Origin: Pirellulales bacterium
GTDB lineage: Bacteria; Planctomycetota; Planctomycetia; Pirellulales; JAICIG01
DNA: 64,000 bases
Reading direction: 5' to 3'
NCBI GenBank assembly: GCA_035531595.1
Contig: DATKSN010000082.1
Coordinates: 20,478 to 84,477, forward strand
A model generated the notes under the pieces. It did no database searches, was not told where the DNA came from, and saw only the letters and a program-made list of their open reading frames with translations. Below are positions 28,145 to 38,129 of this stretch, one piece after another. The position numbers and the translations under genes were made by a program. The first letter of the stretch is position 1. Every line of letters begins with the position of its first letter.

Positions 28145-28210
28145 ACACCAACCCGCAGCGCAAGCAAGGCCCGGGCTTGGACTTACCTTGCTTGCGCTGC
28201 GGGTTGGTGT
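28145..28210. repeat. PAL-W 25-bp-stem hairpin (terminator-like), copy 1
   Basis: ACACCAACCCGCAGCGCAAGCAAGG ... CCTTGCTTGCGCTGCGGGTTGGTGT, 22 nt after the sufT stop. There is no U-tract. Confidence 0.8.
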
Positions 28211-28564
28211 GACGTCAGACTGCGCGACGCGCACGGGGGACCATGAATAATGCGGGCTAGGCTAGGCGCCAAGAGCAGCCGCGCAGCGGCGACAGAGTAA
28301 TTCGGTTTCCAGCGGCGGCGGCGATCCGGCGGGCGCTGCGGCGCCGGCCCAATCGGCCCGGCTGATCTACGACGATAGCGCTCCGCGGCAGTCGGTTCCG
28401 AGTCAGCCGCTCGTGGCCCCTCGGCAGCCGGGCGCCGCGCAGCCGACGGCGGGCGCCGTGCCGCTGGGCTCGGCGGTGACGCCGCGGCGGCCGGGCGTGG
28501 CCCCGCAAACGGCCGGCATCGCGCCTTTGAAATGATCGGCTGGTGGCTCGGTCCACACTAACCC

Positions 28565-28594
28565 GCGGCGCAAGCAAGGTAAGTTGAATGCTCG
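28565..28594. repeat. PAL-W half copy
   Basis: CACACTAACCCGCGGCGCAAGCAAGGTAAGT has no partner arm. Confidence 0.7.
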
Positions 28595-28630
28595 GCCTTG
28601 ACAGGGAATGTTTCTCACGAGGGTTGTGAT

Positions 28631-28680
28631 GTCGCCTTTCGCTTCGCGAAAGAACGCCCTTTCGCGGAGCGAAAGGCGAC
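28631..28680. repeat. PAL-Z 50-bp palindrome, copy 2
   Basis: The sequence is GTCGCCTTTCGCTTCGCGAAAGAACGCCCTTTCGCGGAGCGAAAGGCGAC. Confidence 0.9.
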
Positions 28681-28931
28681 AGACAGGGTTCCCTTCATGT
28701 TTCATCCATGGTCGTCCGCCATGCGTCGTCCAAAACCAACCCAGGTGTGCTTGGCCGTCATCGCCCTGCTGGCCGTCGGACCATGACGACCATGACCTGC
28801 CAGGCAAGCTGGCACGGGTCGGTGCTGCTAGCTTGGGCGAATGACCGAACAAAACCAGCATAAATTTCGGCTTCGACCAACGACCGTTTCCCTCCGCTGA
28901 GAGAAGCGGCAACGGGTGGATCGCACCCCCC

Positions 28932-30941
28932 TTACAGACGTCCCTCCCCCAGCGCAATGCGACCCGCGGCGAGCAGTTCCACGATCTGGTCGACGTCATA
29001 CACGCAGCCTCCCCAGGTGCCGCCGCTGGCGGCTTGCAACGCGGCCCAAAGCCGCGTGTCGGCCGGCAGCGCGGGATCGGGCGCCAGGTCGGGCCGCGGG
29101 GCGCGGGCGGCCAACACCCGAGCGCCATCGTCGGCGCCGAATTCCCGACCTCCTTCGCCGATGAGATCGACGCTGCCCACCAGCGTATTGCGATCGACGA
29201 CGATCCGCACCAGGTCGCCGTCGCGCACCTTGCCGATCGGTCCCCCGGCCAGCGCCTCGGGCCCGACGTGGCCGATGCAGGCGCCCGTGCTCACACCCGA
29301 AAAGCGGGCATCGGTGACGACCGCCACTTCGCGCCCGAACGAAAGATGCTTGAGGGCCGAGGTGATCTGGTAAATTTCCTCCATGCCCGCCCCCAGAGGT
29401 CCGCGGCAGCATAGCACGATCACGTCGCCCGGCCGGATCGCCGACGCCGAGGTTCCCTTGATCGCCGCCGTGGCATCCTTTTCGCGGACGAAAACACGCG
29501 CGGGGCCGGTCTTGCGGTAGACGCCGTCGGCGTCGACCACCCGCGGGTCGATCGCCGTGCTCTTGATCACCGATCCTTCCGGCGCCAGGTTGCCGCGCGG
29601 GAAGCAAACCGTGCTGGTCAGTCCGCGCCGGCGGGCCTGCTCGGGCGACATGATGACGTCGTCGGCGTCGACGCCGTCGCGCTCGGCGAGCACCTGTCGC
29701 AGACGCTGCCGGCGAGGGCTGGCCCGCCACCAGTCGAGCATGCGACCCAGCGTCTCGCCCGACACGGTGAGCGCGTCGAGTCGCAGCAAGCCCAGTTCGC
29801 GCAGGTGGAGCATGACCTCGCCCACGCCGCCGGCCAGGAAAACACGGACCGTGGGGTGGCCGACCGGGCCATTGGGCAGGGCGTCAACCAGCCGCGGCAC
29901 GGAGCGGTTGATTCTGGTCCAGTCGTCGACCGTCGGTCGGCGCAGGCCGGCGGCGTGGGCGATGGCCGGCACATGCAAAAGCAAATTGGTCGAGCCTCCG
30001 AACGCGGCGTGGACGACCATCGCATTGTGGATTGCCGCGTCGGTGAGGATGTCGGCCAACTTGATACCGCGCGCTCGAAGCGACCACAGCGCCTTGGCGC
30101 CGCGGCGCGCCATGTCGAGCCAGATCGGCTGGCCCGAAGGGGCCAGGGCCGAATGGACCAACGACATGCCCAGCGCTTCGCCCACCACTTGCGACGTCGC
30201 GGCGGTGCCCAGGAACTGGCAACCGCCGCCCGGCGAGGCGCACGCGCGGCAGCCCAACTCCGCCGCCTGCTCCAGGCTCAGTTCGCCGTGGGCGAAGCGC
30301 GCGCCGATCGACTGGATTTTGCCCGCGTCTTCGCCCTCGGCCGGCGGCAATGTCACGCCGCCCGGCACGAGCACGCACGGTAGATCGCGCGAGCCGGCCA
30401 GGGCCAGCATCATCGCCGGCAACCCCTTGTCGCAGGTGGCCACGCCCAGCACGCCTTGCCGCGTGGGCAGCGAGCGGATCAAGCGGCGGAAGATCGTGGC
30501 CGCGTCGTTGCGGTAGGGGAGGCTGTCGAACATGCCGGAAGTGCCCTGCGTGCGACCGTCGCACGGATCGGAACAAAACGCGGCGAAGGGAACGCCGCCG
30601 GCTTGTTTGAGCACGCGGGCCGCCTCTCGCACCAGGAGGCCCACCTCCCAATGCCCGGTGTGGTAGCCCAGCGCGATCGGCGTGCCGTCTTCGGCCCGAA
30701 TGCCCCCCTGCGTACTGAGCAAGACGAACTGCGGACCGAGCATTTCCCGCACGGGCCAGCCCATGCCGGCGTTCTGCGACAAGCCGAACAGGTCGCCGCT
30801 GGGCGAGTCGCGCAGCATCGCCTCGGTTAAGGGGAGCGAGCCGATCGGGCCGGCCGCGCTGGTGCGAACGTCGAACAGGGCCGGCTCGCCGCTATCGAGC
30901 ACCTCGGCAAGCGAAAAACCGGTGCGGAGTGACGAAGTCAT
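28932..30941 (-). CDS. IlvD/Edd family dehydratase, YjhG/YagF (xylonate dehydratase)-like
   Basis: It resembles my recollection of E. coli YjhG over long stretches: [15 protein letters not shown] and [25 protein letters not shown]...[17 protein letters not shown]. Confidence 0.9.
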   Translation of the reverse strand: MTSSLRTGFSLAEVLDSGEPALFDVRTSAAGPIGSLPLTEAMLRDSPSGDLFGLSQNAGMGWPVREMLGPQFVLLSTQGGIRAEDGTPIALGYHTGHWEVGLLVREAARVLKQAGGVPFAAFCSDPCDGRTQGTSGMFDSLPYRNDAATIFRRLIRSLPTRQGVLGVATCDKGLPAMMLALAGSRDLPCVLVPGGVTLPPAEGEDAGKIQSIGARFAHGELSLEQAAELGCRACASPGGGCQFLGTAATSQVVGEALGMSLVHSALAPSGQPIWLDMARRGAKALWSLRARGIKLADILTDAAIHNAMVVHAAFGGSTNLLLHVPAIAHAAGLRRPTVDDWTRINRSVPRLVDALPNGPVGHPTVRVFLAGGVGEVMLHLRELGLLRLDALTVSGETLGRMLDWWRASPRRQRLRQVLAERDGVDADDVIMSPEQARRRGLTSTVCFPRGNLAPEGSVIKSTAIDPRVVDADGVYRKTGPARVFVREKDATAAIKGTSASAIRPGDVIVLCCRGPLGAGMEEIYQITSALKHLSFGREVAVVTDARFSGVSTGACIGHVGPEALAGGPIGKVRDGDLVRIVVDRNTLVGSVDLIGEGGREFGADDGARVLAARAPRPDLAPDPALPADTRLWAALQAASGGTWGGCVYDVDQIVELLAAGRIALGEGRL

Positions 30942-31148
30942 GGCAACTCAAGGCGCGCGTGGGCAGGTTGGCGATCCAACGCGATTATACAAGTTGTCTG
31001 GGCCAATGCCCACCAGCCGCGTAACGGCATACGCGCGGGAACGGTTTACGGCGCCTCCGACGCCCAGGCGTGCTGATCTCCGCGTTGCCCTATCCTCCGT
31101 CCAGGTCATGATGGAGTGCTACTTGACGACGGCGAACTGGGAATAAGC

Positions 31149-33542
31149 CTATCGCGCCGGCCGTTGCGACGTTGCCCGCGCCACGTTCGGCCGCTGGGCG
31201 GAACGGCGGGGGCCGACGGCGAAGCCAAGCCAGCCGTCGGTCACGACGCATTGCGTCACGGTCAGATCGGCCAGCCGCGGGTCGTGAACCAGCTTGGGGT
31301 CGATCAGGCTCAGGCCGCGGTCATGGGAAAAGATCTTGCTGAAAATGCCGCGCAGCGCGATCTGCGGCTGAGCGCCGAACCTTTCGCCGCGGAGTTGCAC
31401 CGTGCCGTCGCGGACGAAACGCAGATCAAGCCCCTCGTGACGCGGCTTGTAGTACACGCGCACCGTGAAGTCGCGCCAGTGGCCTGGGTGCCTGTGCAAC
31501 TCGGCGATGGCCAGCGTGAGCTCGATCCGGCCGTCGACGAACCTTGCCCGCACCGCGTTTTCCGCGGCGAAGGCGATCCGCAAGTCTTCGGGGAACTCGC
31601 CGGTAAAGGCGTCGCCCGGCAGACGGAACGATTTGGCGAGATGCTGTTGCAATTGGGGCAACGTGAATGAATGGCCGTCGAGCCGCAGGCGCTCGCCGAC
31701 GTTGTTCAACAGCGACTGGTGAACTTGCACGCTGGCGAGGCTGTCGCCCGGTGCGCGCGGGCGGGGAGTGAAGGCGGCGAGCTGCTCGTCGGCCGCCAAA
31801 CGCAGTCGCAGCGTCACGCGGTTAGGGGCTGTTTGCATTTCGCCCACCGTCGGCACCAGCGCCAGCCCTTGCAGCGGTTCGAGCACGCGCCGGCGAAACT
31901 GTCCCTTGGCCTGCTCGACGCGCGGCTCGACCGTGGCGTTCATCTCCTCTTTCACACGTGATCTGACCCTCTGCCGCGCAATCCTTCGCACCGCGCCCTC
32001 GCTTTCCGCGTGCTTGTACCGCGCGATCCACTCGATGAGCGAGCCCAGCAGCGGCACATGGTCGAAGTCGGTTCGCACGCCGCGCAGCTTGGGCCAGTTC
32101 GTGGCCTCGACCTCGGCCGGCCAGGTGCGCAGGCCGCCGGGGCTGATCTCGAAAATCTTCCTCGCCAGGAACCTCGAATCGCTACGGCTATAAAAGGTCG
32201 CAGGGCCGCTTTTCGACGTCGTGCGAGCGAAAACCAGGCCCTTGGCCTCCAGCGCGAAGCGCAAATACCGCGGGTCGGGGATCAGACGCACGCCCAACTC
32301 GGCGGTGGTCTTGCTCGTGCCACGCGTCGGCACGCCCAGAATCCGGTCGCGCACCGGGGCTTCCACGGGCGGCTGCGTGGGCACCAGCCGGTTGAGCAAC
32401 TCGGCCGCGACGGCCAGTCGCAGGTTGGCGCCGCGGTAGTTGGCCTCGAGCCAGCGCTCGATCCGTTCGCCCGCGTCGAGCGAGCCTGGCCAAGGGGTGG
32501 TCGCGCGCGCATGCCGAGCGAGGCGGCTGCCGTCGCCTTGCAGGCCGGTTTGCTCGAACCGTTCCAGGTCGGCGAGCAATTGCCGGGGACCGGCCGGCTC
32601 GTCGGCCCGGTCGCTCGCGACCGTCAAGCGGGTTGCGCCCGGCACAGGGCGCCGAGCGGTCACGGGCGCCGTGGCGACCAGCTCCCACAGTTCCAGGCGC
32701 CGCGCCAGCGCGTAACGCGCCCGTTCGAGCCGCGGCGCCGGACGCGCCATGTTTGAGCGAGTGGTTGAGCGAGTGTCTGGGCGAACCGGCGAAACCAAAC
32801 CATCGGCCAAGGACCGCAATTCCAGGAGAATCGGCTCGGCGCGTTCGCTGTCGGCGTCGTCGATCCTCGCCAACTCGCGAAGCAAGTCGCCGGCGCGTGC
32901 CGCCCACACGCACGAGTCGCAGTCCCAAGCCAATGATTCGAGGTGTTCGAGCAAGGCGGCGGGTGCCTCCCAGAGCGCCGGCGCTCGCTCGACCCGGGCC
33001 GGCCGGCGTCCGCGCGTGGGCGCGGCGGGCATGCGCCAATAGGTTCGCGGCGATTCAGGGCTGGGACGCTTGGCCAATTGCAGGAGTGGCCTTCGTTGGA
33101 CCGTCGCTGCCGGCGTCGAGGGCTCTTCGGGCACTGCCGGCCCAGCGCCGTCGATCGCCTTGTGCCGTTGCGCCGGTGTGGCCGGTGTGGTGGAAACGCT
33201 CGTGGAAACCGCGGCAATCAACCGCGGCGGCTCCGCGTGCGCAAGCGGCGGCACGGCCAGCTCGACCGTCGTTGGCCGAGGGTCCACGGCGGGCCCGACC
33301 GGCGTCGCACGCTTCGCCCTCGCTGGGGCCAAGGTGTTCGACACGGCGGTCGAGGGGGGCGTGGCCGTGGCCGCCCGCGGTCGTTTCGATGTGCGCGCGT
33401 CGGCTCGGCGCTGGTGAGAGACAATTTCCCATCCGCGTGGTGAGGCGACGGAAAGCACGAACAGACCCGACAAGATCAATAAAAAGGGCCATGTCGGCGT
33501 TGTTTCGTGACGGCTCATCGATTCCTCGTCGAGCGACTGCAT
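31149..33542 (-). CDS. large hypothetical membrane-anchored protein (Ala/Pro/Arg-rich linker plus ~500-aa conserved-looking C-terminal region)
   Basis: This is a long ORF with coding-like composition and one N-terminal TM (WPFLLILSGLFVLSV). The start is uncertain: ATG at 33542 or 33518. ORF-track start 33638 lies in AT-rich sequence. Confidence 0.6.
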   Translation of the reverse strand: MQSLDEESMSRHETTPTWPFLLILSGLFVLSVASPRGWEIVSHQRRADARTSKRPRAATATPPSTAVSNTLAPARAKRATPVGPAVDPRPTTVELAVPPLAHAEPPRLIAAVSTSVSTTPATPAQRHKAIDGAGPAVPEEPSTPAATVQRRPLLQLAKRPSPESPRTYWRMPAAPTRGRRPARVERAPALWEAPAALLEHLESLAWDCDSCVWAARAGDLLRELARIDDADSERAEPILLELRSLADGLVSPVRPDTRSTTRSNMARPAPRLERARYALARRLELWELVATAPVTARRPVPGATRLTVASDRADEPAGPRQLLADLERFEQTGLQGDGSRLARHARATTPWPGSLDAGERIERWLEANYRGANLRLAVAAELLNRLVPTQPPVEAPVRDRILGVPTRGTSKTTAELGVRLIPDPRYLRFALEAKGLVFARTTSKSGPATFYSRSDSRFLARKIFEISPGGLRTWPAEVEATNWPKLRGVRTDFDHVPLLGSLIEWIARYKHAESEGAVRRIARQRVRSRVKEEMNATVEPRVEQAKGQFRRRVLEPLQGLALVPTVGEMQTAPNRVTLRLRLAADEQLAAFTPRPRAPGDSLASVQVHQSLLNNVGERLRLDGHSFTLPQLQQHLAKSFRLPGDAFTGEFPEDLRIAFAAENAVRARFVDGRIELTLAIAELHRHPGHWRDFTVRVYYKPRHEGLDLRFVRDGTVQLRGERFGAQPQIALRGIFSKIFSHDRGLSLIDPKLVHDPRLADLTVTQCVVTDGWLGFAVGPRRSAQRPNVARATSQRPAR

Positions 33543-33641
33543 TTCCTTAAGATCGGCCGTCTGGATAGACTGAATAAAATGACAATCCGAGAAAACTATT
33601 TCGTGCCAAGGTGTGGGTTGCAGCGGAAGATCGGGCAAACT

Positions 33642-34226
33642 CTAGGGCCGGAATGCCCGCGCAACTCGGCCCATTTCGCCTGAATTGTCGTGGCCTTCCA
33701 CTTCGCGCACTTTCTCGCCAACGATCTCCAGCACATGGCGCCACTCCCGCGGAAAACCCGGGGCGAAGCGATCGAGAAGCTGCCGGGCTTTGTCGACGGC
33801 CTTGCGGCGGGCCGCCGCGTCGAGTCCGAGCACGTCGCTCAAGTTATCGACCGTGTCGCCGAGCTTGCATAGCTTGACCTCGATCGGCGCGGACGCCAGG
33901 GCTTCGAGGAAATCGCGTTCGCGCGGGTCTTCAGCCAGCCGCTTGTCCTTCGACAACGTGGCGACGTAGCCCGCCACGCGTTCGCCGAAACGCTCGATCA
34001 AATCGTCGCGGTCGGCGGTCGTGTCCTCGATCGTGTCGTGCAGCACCGCCGCGGCCAGCACGTCGGTGTCGGTGACGCCGAACTGCAACGCGACGAGCAT
34101 CATCACCCGCACCGGGTGAGCGGCGTACGGCGTCCGCTCGTCTTTGCGCATCTGCCCCTGGTGCTTTCGAAGGGCGAACGAGATCGCCGCTTGGAGATTG
34201 GTGAAGTCGGATGGTCTCGTCATCAA
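33642..34226 (-). CDS. HD-domain (p)ppGpp hydrolase, small alarmone hydrolase type
   Basis: HQGQMRKDERTPYAAHPVRV and AAVLHDTIEDT form the RelA/SpoT HD motif. The 194-aa protein has no synthetase domain. Confidence 0.8.
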   Translation of the reverse strand: MMTRPSDFTNLQAAISFALRKHQGQMRKDERTPYAAHPVRVMMLVALQFGVTDTDVLAAAVLHDTIEDTTADRDDLIERFGERVAGYVATLSKDKRLAEDPRERDFLEALASAPIEVKLCKLGDTVDNLSDVLGLDAAARRKAVDKARQLLDRFAPGFPREWRHVLEIVGEKVREVEGHDNSGEMGRVARAFRP

Positions 34227-34257
34227 TGGCTCGCCAGAAATGATCCTAGTAGCAAGG

Positions 34258-35988
34258 TTACGAGCGGAAGAACATGGAGCAGACGACCGCGATGGCGATC
34301 ACCGCGATCGCCAGCAGCGTGCCCACCCCCATCAAGAACCAGGGTGAATCCCAACGGCTGGGGCGACGAGCGCGCAGCGAATGGGCGCCCAAGGCGGGAC
34401 CGCCGCCTAATTCCGACCCCGTTCCTAATTCCATCAGACCGTCGTTCGGCGCCACTTCCGCCAACAAATCGTCGAAGGCCGACGCGCTCTTGCGTTGGGG
34501 ACTGTCCGGAACGCGTGCGCCCGCGGTGGCCGAACGCGGCGATGGCCCCGCGCCGCGCGACTTGCCCGGCAACGGTTTGGCGTTGGGGTTGGCCGTCCCA
34601 GGCGGTCTCTTCGCGGTCGTCTTCGACGAGCCGGCGGCTTTCGACGAATCGCCGGGCCTACCCGGCGCCTTCTTGGAACCCGACGATTTGTCCGAACCCG
34701 ACGATTTGTCCGAACCCGACGATCTTAATGAATCGGAACCCTTGCCGGAGCCGGATACCTTCGATGAATCGGAGCCCTTCGTGACGGCCGCCGCCGAGGT
34801 TTGCGAATCACCGGCGCCACCTGAACCGGAGATCTTGCTCGAACCGGCGGCTTTCGACGAATCGTCGCCCAGTTTGGCGACCTGGTCCTCCAAGGGGGCC
34901 AGGGTCAGTTCCTCGTCGAACGCCGCGGGCGGTTGCGACGATTGGTCGCGGTAAAACTGCGCCCACCGCGTGAGCGCCTGGCTCACGTCGTCGGCCGACT
35001 GGTAACGCCGCTCGGGCGATTTGGCCATCATTCGTCGGCAGATGGCCAGCAATTCACGCGGCGCGTCGGGCCGCTTCTGGGCGATGTCCGCCGGTTCCTT
35101 CGTCGCGTGGCAAACCACGCGTTGCGCCAGCGTGCCGTTCGGAAAGGGCGGAGTGCCCATCAACGTGAAATAGAGCGTGCATCCCAGGCTGTAGATGTCG
35201 GCCCGAGCATCGACGAGGTGGCTGTCAAGCGCCTGCTCGGGCGAGAGGTAGTCGACCGTGCCCAGCATTTTTTCGTCGTGATCATTGGTGAGCGAGGCGT
35301 CCACGTCATCGGCGGCGAAACGCGCCAGCCCCATGTCGAGCACTTTGACGGTGTTGTGGCCGTCGAGCAACAAATTGGCGGGCTTCATGTCGCGGTGAAT
35401 CAGACCGGCCTTGTGGGCGTGCGTCAGGCCGTCGGCGGCCTGGCGGATGAGGTCCGCCGCCTGCAAGTAGGGCAGCGGGCCTTCGCGCTCGACCAGGACT
35501 TTGAGGTCTTGCCCTTCGACATATTCCATCACGAGGTAATGAACGTCGCCGTCGTTGTCGACGTCGAAAGCGCGCACGATGTTCGGATGGTCGAGCGCGG
35601 CCACGGCGCGCGCTTCGCGGTGAAAGCGGGCCAGGTACGACGAGTCGTTGACGCGGCTGGTGGGGAGCACCTTGATGGCCACCCGTCGCCGCATCACGAT
35701 GTGCTCGGCCAGGTAGACGCTGCTCATGCCGCCGGTGCCCAAATGATCGAGCAGCTTGTACTTGCCGACGAAGAAGCCGGTTGCCCGCCCCTCCAGCAGG
35801 CGCTCGCGTTGCCAGTTGGTCAAAAGGCCCACTTCGGTCAAGTGCGAGGAGACCACCTGGCTGTCGGTGACGGCACTGGCCCCCGCCTCGCGCTCCAGAT
35901 CGGCGAGCGACTGGTTCAGGCGGTCCTTGTCGACCAGCCCGCTGCGCTCGACGACTTCGAGAAACGAGGTGACTGAGAGCTGCTTCAT
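34258..35988 (-). CDS. Ser/Thr protein kinase with Ser/Gly/Lys-rich repeat tail and C-terminal TM
   Basis: GTGGMSSVYLAEH, AIKVL, HRDMKPANLL and DMGLA are kinase motifs. The tail reads GSDSSKVSGSGKGSDSLRSSGSDKSSGSDKSSGSKK and ends in a TM helix. Confidence 0.85.
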   Translation of the reverse strand: MKQLSVTSFLEVVERSGLVDKDRLNQSLADLEREAGASAVTDSQVVSSHLTEVGLLTNWQRERLLEGRATGFFVGKYKLLDHLGTGGMSSVYLAEHIVMRRRVAIKVLPTSRVNDSSYLARFHREARAVAALDHPNIVRAFDVDNDGDVHYLVMEYVEGQDLKVLVEREGPLPYLQAADLIRQAADGLTHAHKAGLIHRDMKPANLLLDGHNTVKVLDMGLARFAADDVDASLTNDHDEKMLGTVDYLSPEQALDSHLVDARADIYSLGCTLYFTLMGTPPFPNGTLAQRVVCHATKEPADIAQKRPDAPRELLAICRRMMAKSPERRYQSADDVSQALTRWAQFYRDQSSQPPAAFDEELTLAPLEDQVAKLGDDSSKAAGSSKISGSGGAGDSQTSAAAVTKGSDSSKVSGSGKGSDSLRSSGSDKSSGSDKSSGSKKAPGRPGDSSKAAGSSKTTAKRPPGTANPNAKPLPGKSRGAGPSPRSATAGARVPDSPQRKSASAFDDLLAEVAPNDGLMELGTGSELGGGPALGAHSLRARRPSRWDSPWFLMGVGTLLAIAVIAIAVVCSMFFRS

Positions 35989-36247
35989 CTCGGCCCTATT
36001 CCAGGTCGGGGGCTGTTCCGCGTCGGCCCCGTTTCCGTATCGACCTTGTTACGTGTCGCCTGGGATGTCAGGCAAGAGCGTCGCCCGCGACGGGAACCCA
36101 ATCCGGCCGACGCCCACAACCGCCTATTATAACCCGACTTTCATTTCCGTGAAGTTTTTCGCGCAAAAAAATCCGACGGACGACGAACCGCGTGGGCGCG
36201 GCCTCGATGGCGCATCCATCAGGCTGGAAAGCCCGATCATCGCTCGC

Positions 36248-36372
36248 TATACTGCGCGCGGCCGGGAATGAGACAGTCACGGTGGCTGGGGCAGAGCCTC
36301 AGCGATGCCCCGGTCGCTATCTAGCCGGGGCATCGCGTAGGCTCTGCCACCAGCCACCACTTTCTTGTGGCC
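36248..36372 (+). repeat. PAL-A repeat, right outer arm missing
   Basis: TATACTGCGCGCGGCCGGGAATGAGACAGTCACGGTGGCTGGGG...CCACCAGCCACCACTTTCTTGTGG. It ends about 50 nt before the start of the next gene. Confidence 0.85.
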
Positions 36373-36421
36373 GGCCGCATCGACTGAGCCGTATTGCCGC
36401 GTAGAAGGAGATCCGCCGCCA

Positions 36422-38071
36422 ATGACCGACGTCCCAAGCGATTCGTCAGCCCACGATGCGAATCCATCCGCCGCGCCTCGCCGCCGCTGGTGGATGGCCG
36501 GGCTGATCGGCGCGATCGGCGCCGCGCTGATCGCGACCGTCCAGTTCATGTTCGGCTCGGACGCCGCAAAGCAAGGATTGGCGACGCGCGCCGCGATCGG
36601 GCTGACGTTGCTGCTACTCTTCGCCTGGCTCGTGTTCTTCGCCGGGCTGCGCCGGCCGGCCCGGCTGGCACTGTTGGCGGCCGCCGCCCTGCTGCCGTTG
36701 GCGTTGTACTTCGCGGTGCGGATTGACGGAATGACGGGCGACATGCGCCCCGAATGGTCGTGGCGTTGGAATCCCAGGCCCAGCGAACGACTGGCGAAAC
36801 TTCCCGCGCCGAGCGCCACGGCGGCGGCCCGCGCCAAGATCGACTGGAAACGGACTTCAAGCGACGACTTTCCCCAGTTTCTGGGGCCCCAGCGCAATGG
36901 CCGCGTCGCCGGGCCGCGGTTGGCCCGCGACCGCGGCGCCTGGCCACCACCGCTGATATGGAGGCAGCCGATCGGGGCCGGCTGGTCGTCGTTCGCCGTC
37001 GTCGGTTCGTACGCCATCACCCAGGAACAGCGCGGTGACGACGAACTGGTCGTTTGCCGCGAGTTGGAGAGCGGTCAGATTCTATGGACGCACTCCGATC
37101 CGGGGCATTTCAGCGAGTTTCTCGCGGGCGATGGCCCACGCTCCACGCCGACCATCGCCGATGGCAATGTCTACACGCTGGGCGCGGAGGGGCGGCTGAA
37201 TTGCCTTGGTATCGCCGACGGGTCGGTCGTTTGGACCCACGACGTGCTCGCCGAGCACCGCGCCTCCAATGTTCAGTGGGGCAAGAGCTGTTCTCCAGCC
37301 GTGGTCGGCGACGTGGTCGTGGTCAGCGCCGGCGGCCGGGATGGGCATTCGCTCGTGGCGTACGACAAGCACAACGGCGAACTGATCTGGCATGCGGGCG
37401 ACGATCCGTCGAGCTATAGTTCGCCGCTGTCGACGGTGCTCGCCGGCGTGCCGCAAATTCTGATCGTCAACCACCACAGTGTCGTTGCCCATGACCCGCT
37501 CGACGGGCATGTGCTTTGGCGATTCCCGTGGGAAGGCGACCAGCCCAAGGTGCCGCAACCCCTTCCGATTGACGCCGAACGGGTGCTGGTTTCGGCGGGC
37601 TACGGTGTCGGTTGCACCATGCTACAAATCAAACCGAGCGACACGGGGTTTGATTGGAAAGAAAACTGGTCCAAGAAAAGCTTGAAGCCCAAGTTCACGA
37701 ACCTGGTCGTTCGCGATGGGTTCGTCTATGGGATCGACGACGGCCGGACGCTCGTGTGTCTCGAAACGGCCGACGGCCGGCTCCGGTGGAAGGGAGGGCG
37801 CTACGGTCACGGGCAGGTGCTGTTGGTTGATGACCTGCTATTGATCCAGGCCGAGAGTGGCGAAGTCGCGCTCGTCGATGCGACACCCGAGCGGCACCAC
37901 GAATGGACCCGCTTCCAGGCCATCGAAGGCAAGACCTGGAACAATCCGGCGCTCGCCGGGCGGCATCTCCTGGTCCGCAATGCGCAGGAGGCGGCATGTT
38001 ATGAACTGCCCCTCGAAACTGTCCCTCGAAAGAACTCCATAGTCCGTACTACCCCCTACAATCGCCGGTGA
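36422..38071 (+). CDS. PQQ-like beta-propeller repeat protein with N-terminal TM helices
   Basis: Repeated motifs such as VYTLGAEGRLNCLGIADGSVVW, LVAYDKHNGELIW and LVCLETADGRLRW are typical of BamB/PQQ propellers. Confidence 0.75.
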   Translation: MTDVPSDSSAHDANPSAAPRRRWWMAGLIGAIGAALIATVQFMFGSDAAKQGLATRAAIGLTLLLLFAWLVFFAGLRRPARLALLAAAALLPLALYFAVRIDGMTGDMRPEWSWRWNPRPSERLAKLPAPSATAAARAKIDWKRTSSDDFPQFLGPQRNGRVAGPRLARDRGAWPPPLIWRQPIGAGWSSFAVVGSYAITQEQRGDDELVVCRELESGQILWTHSDPGHFSEFLAGDGPRSTPTIADGNVYTLGAEGRLNCLGIADGSVVWTHDVLAEHRASNVQWGKSCSPAVVGDVVVVSAGGRDGHSLVAYDKHNGELIWHAGDDPSSYSSPLSTVLAGVPQILIVNHHSVVAHDPLDGHVLWRFPWEGDQPKVPQPLPIDAERVLVSAGYGVGCTMLQIKPSDTGFDWKENWSKKSLKPKFTNLVVRDGFVYGIDDGRTLVCLETADGRLRWKGGRYGHGQVLLVDDLLLIQAESGEVALVDATPERHHEWTRFQAIEGKTWNNPALAGRHLLVRNAQEAACYELPLETVPRKNSIVRTTPYNRR

Positions 38072-38129
38072 TGTGGTCGCGCTCGACAAGCCCCTCTCGC
38101 CGCAATCGCAGCTCAAGCAACTCGGTTAT

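Noticed and set aside
28403-29128. A 241-aa minus-strand ORF at the end of the dehydratase gene.
   Set aside because: It is out of frame with and overlapping the well-supported YjhG-like gene. The remainder crosses PAL-Z and PAL-W repeats.
33543-33638. Using the ORF-track start at 33638 for the 829-aa protein.
   Set aside because: This stretch is conspicuously AT-rich (GATAGACTGAATAAAATGACAATCCGAGAAAACTATTTCG) and looks intergenic. The internal ATGs at 33542 and 33518 precede the TM helix.
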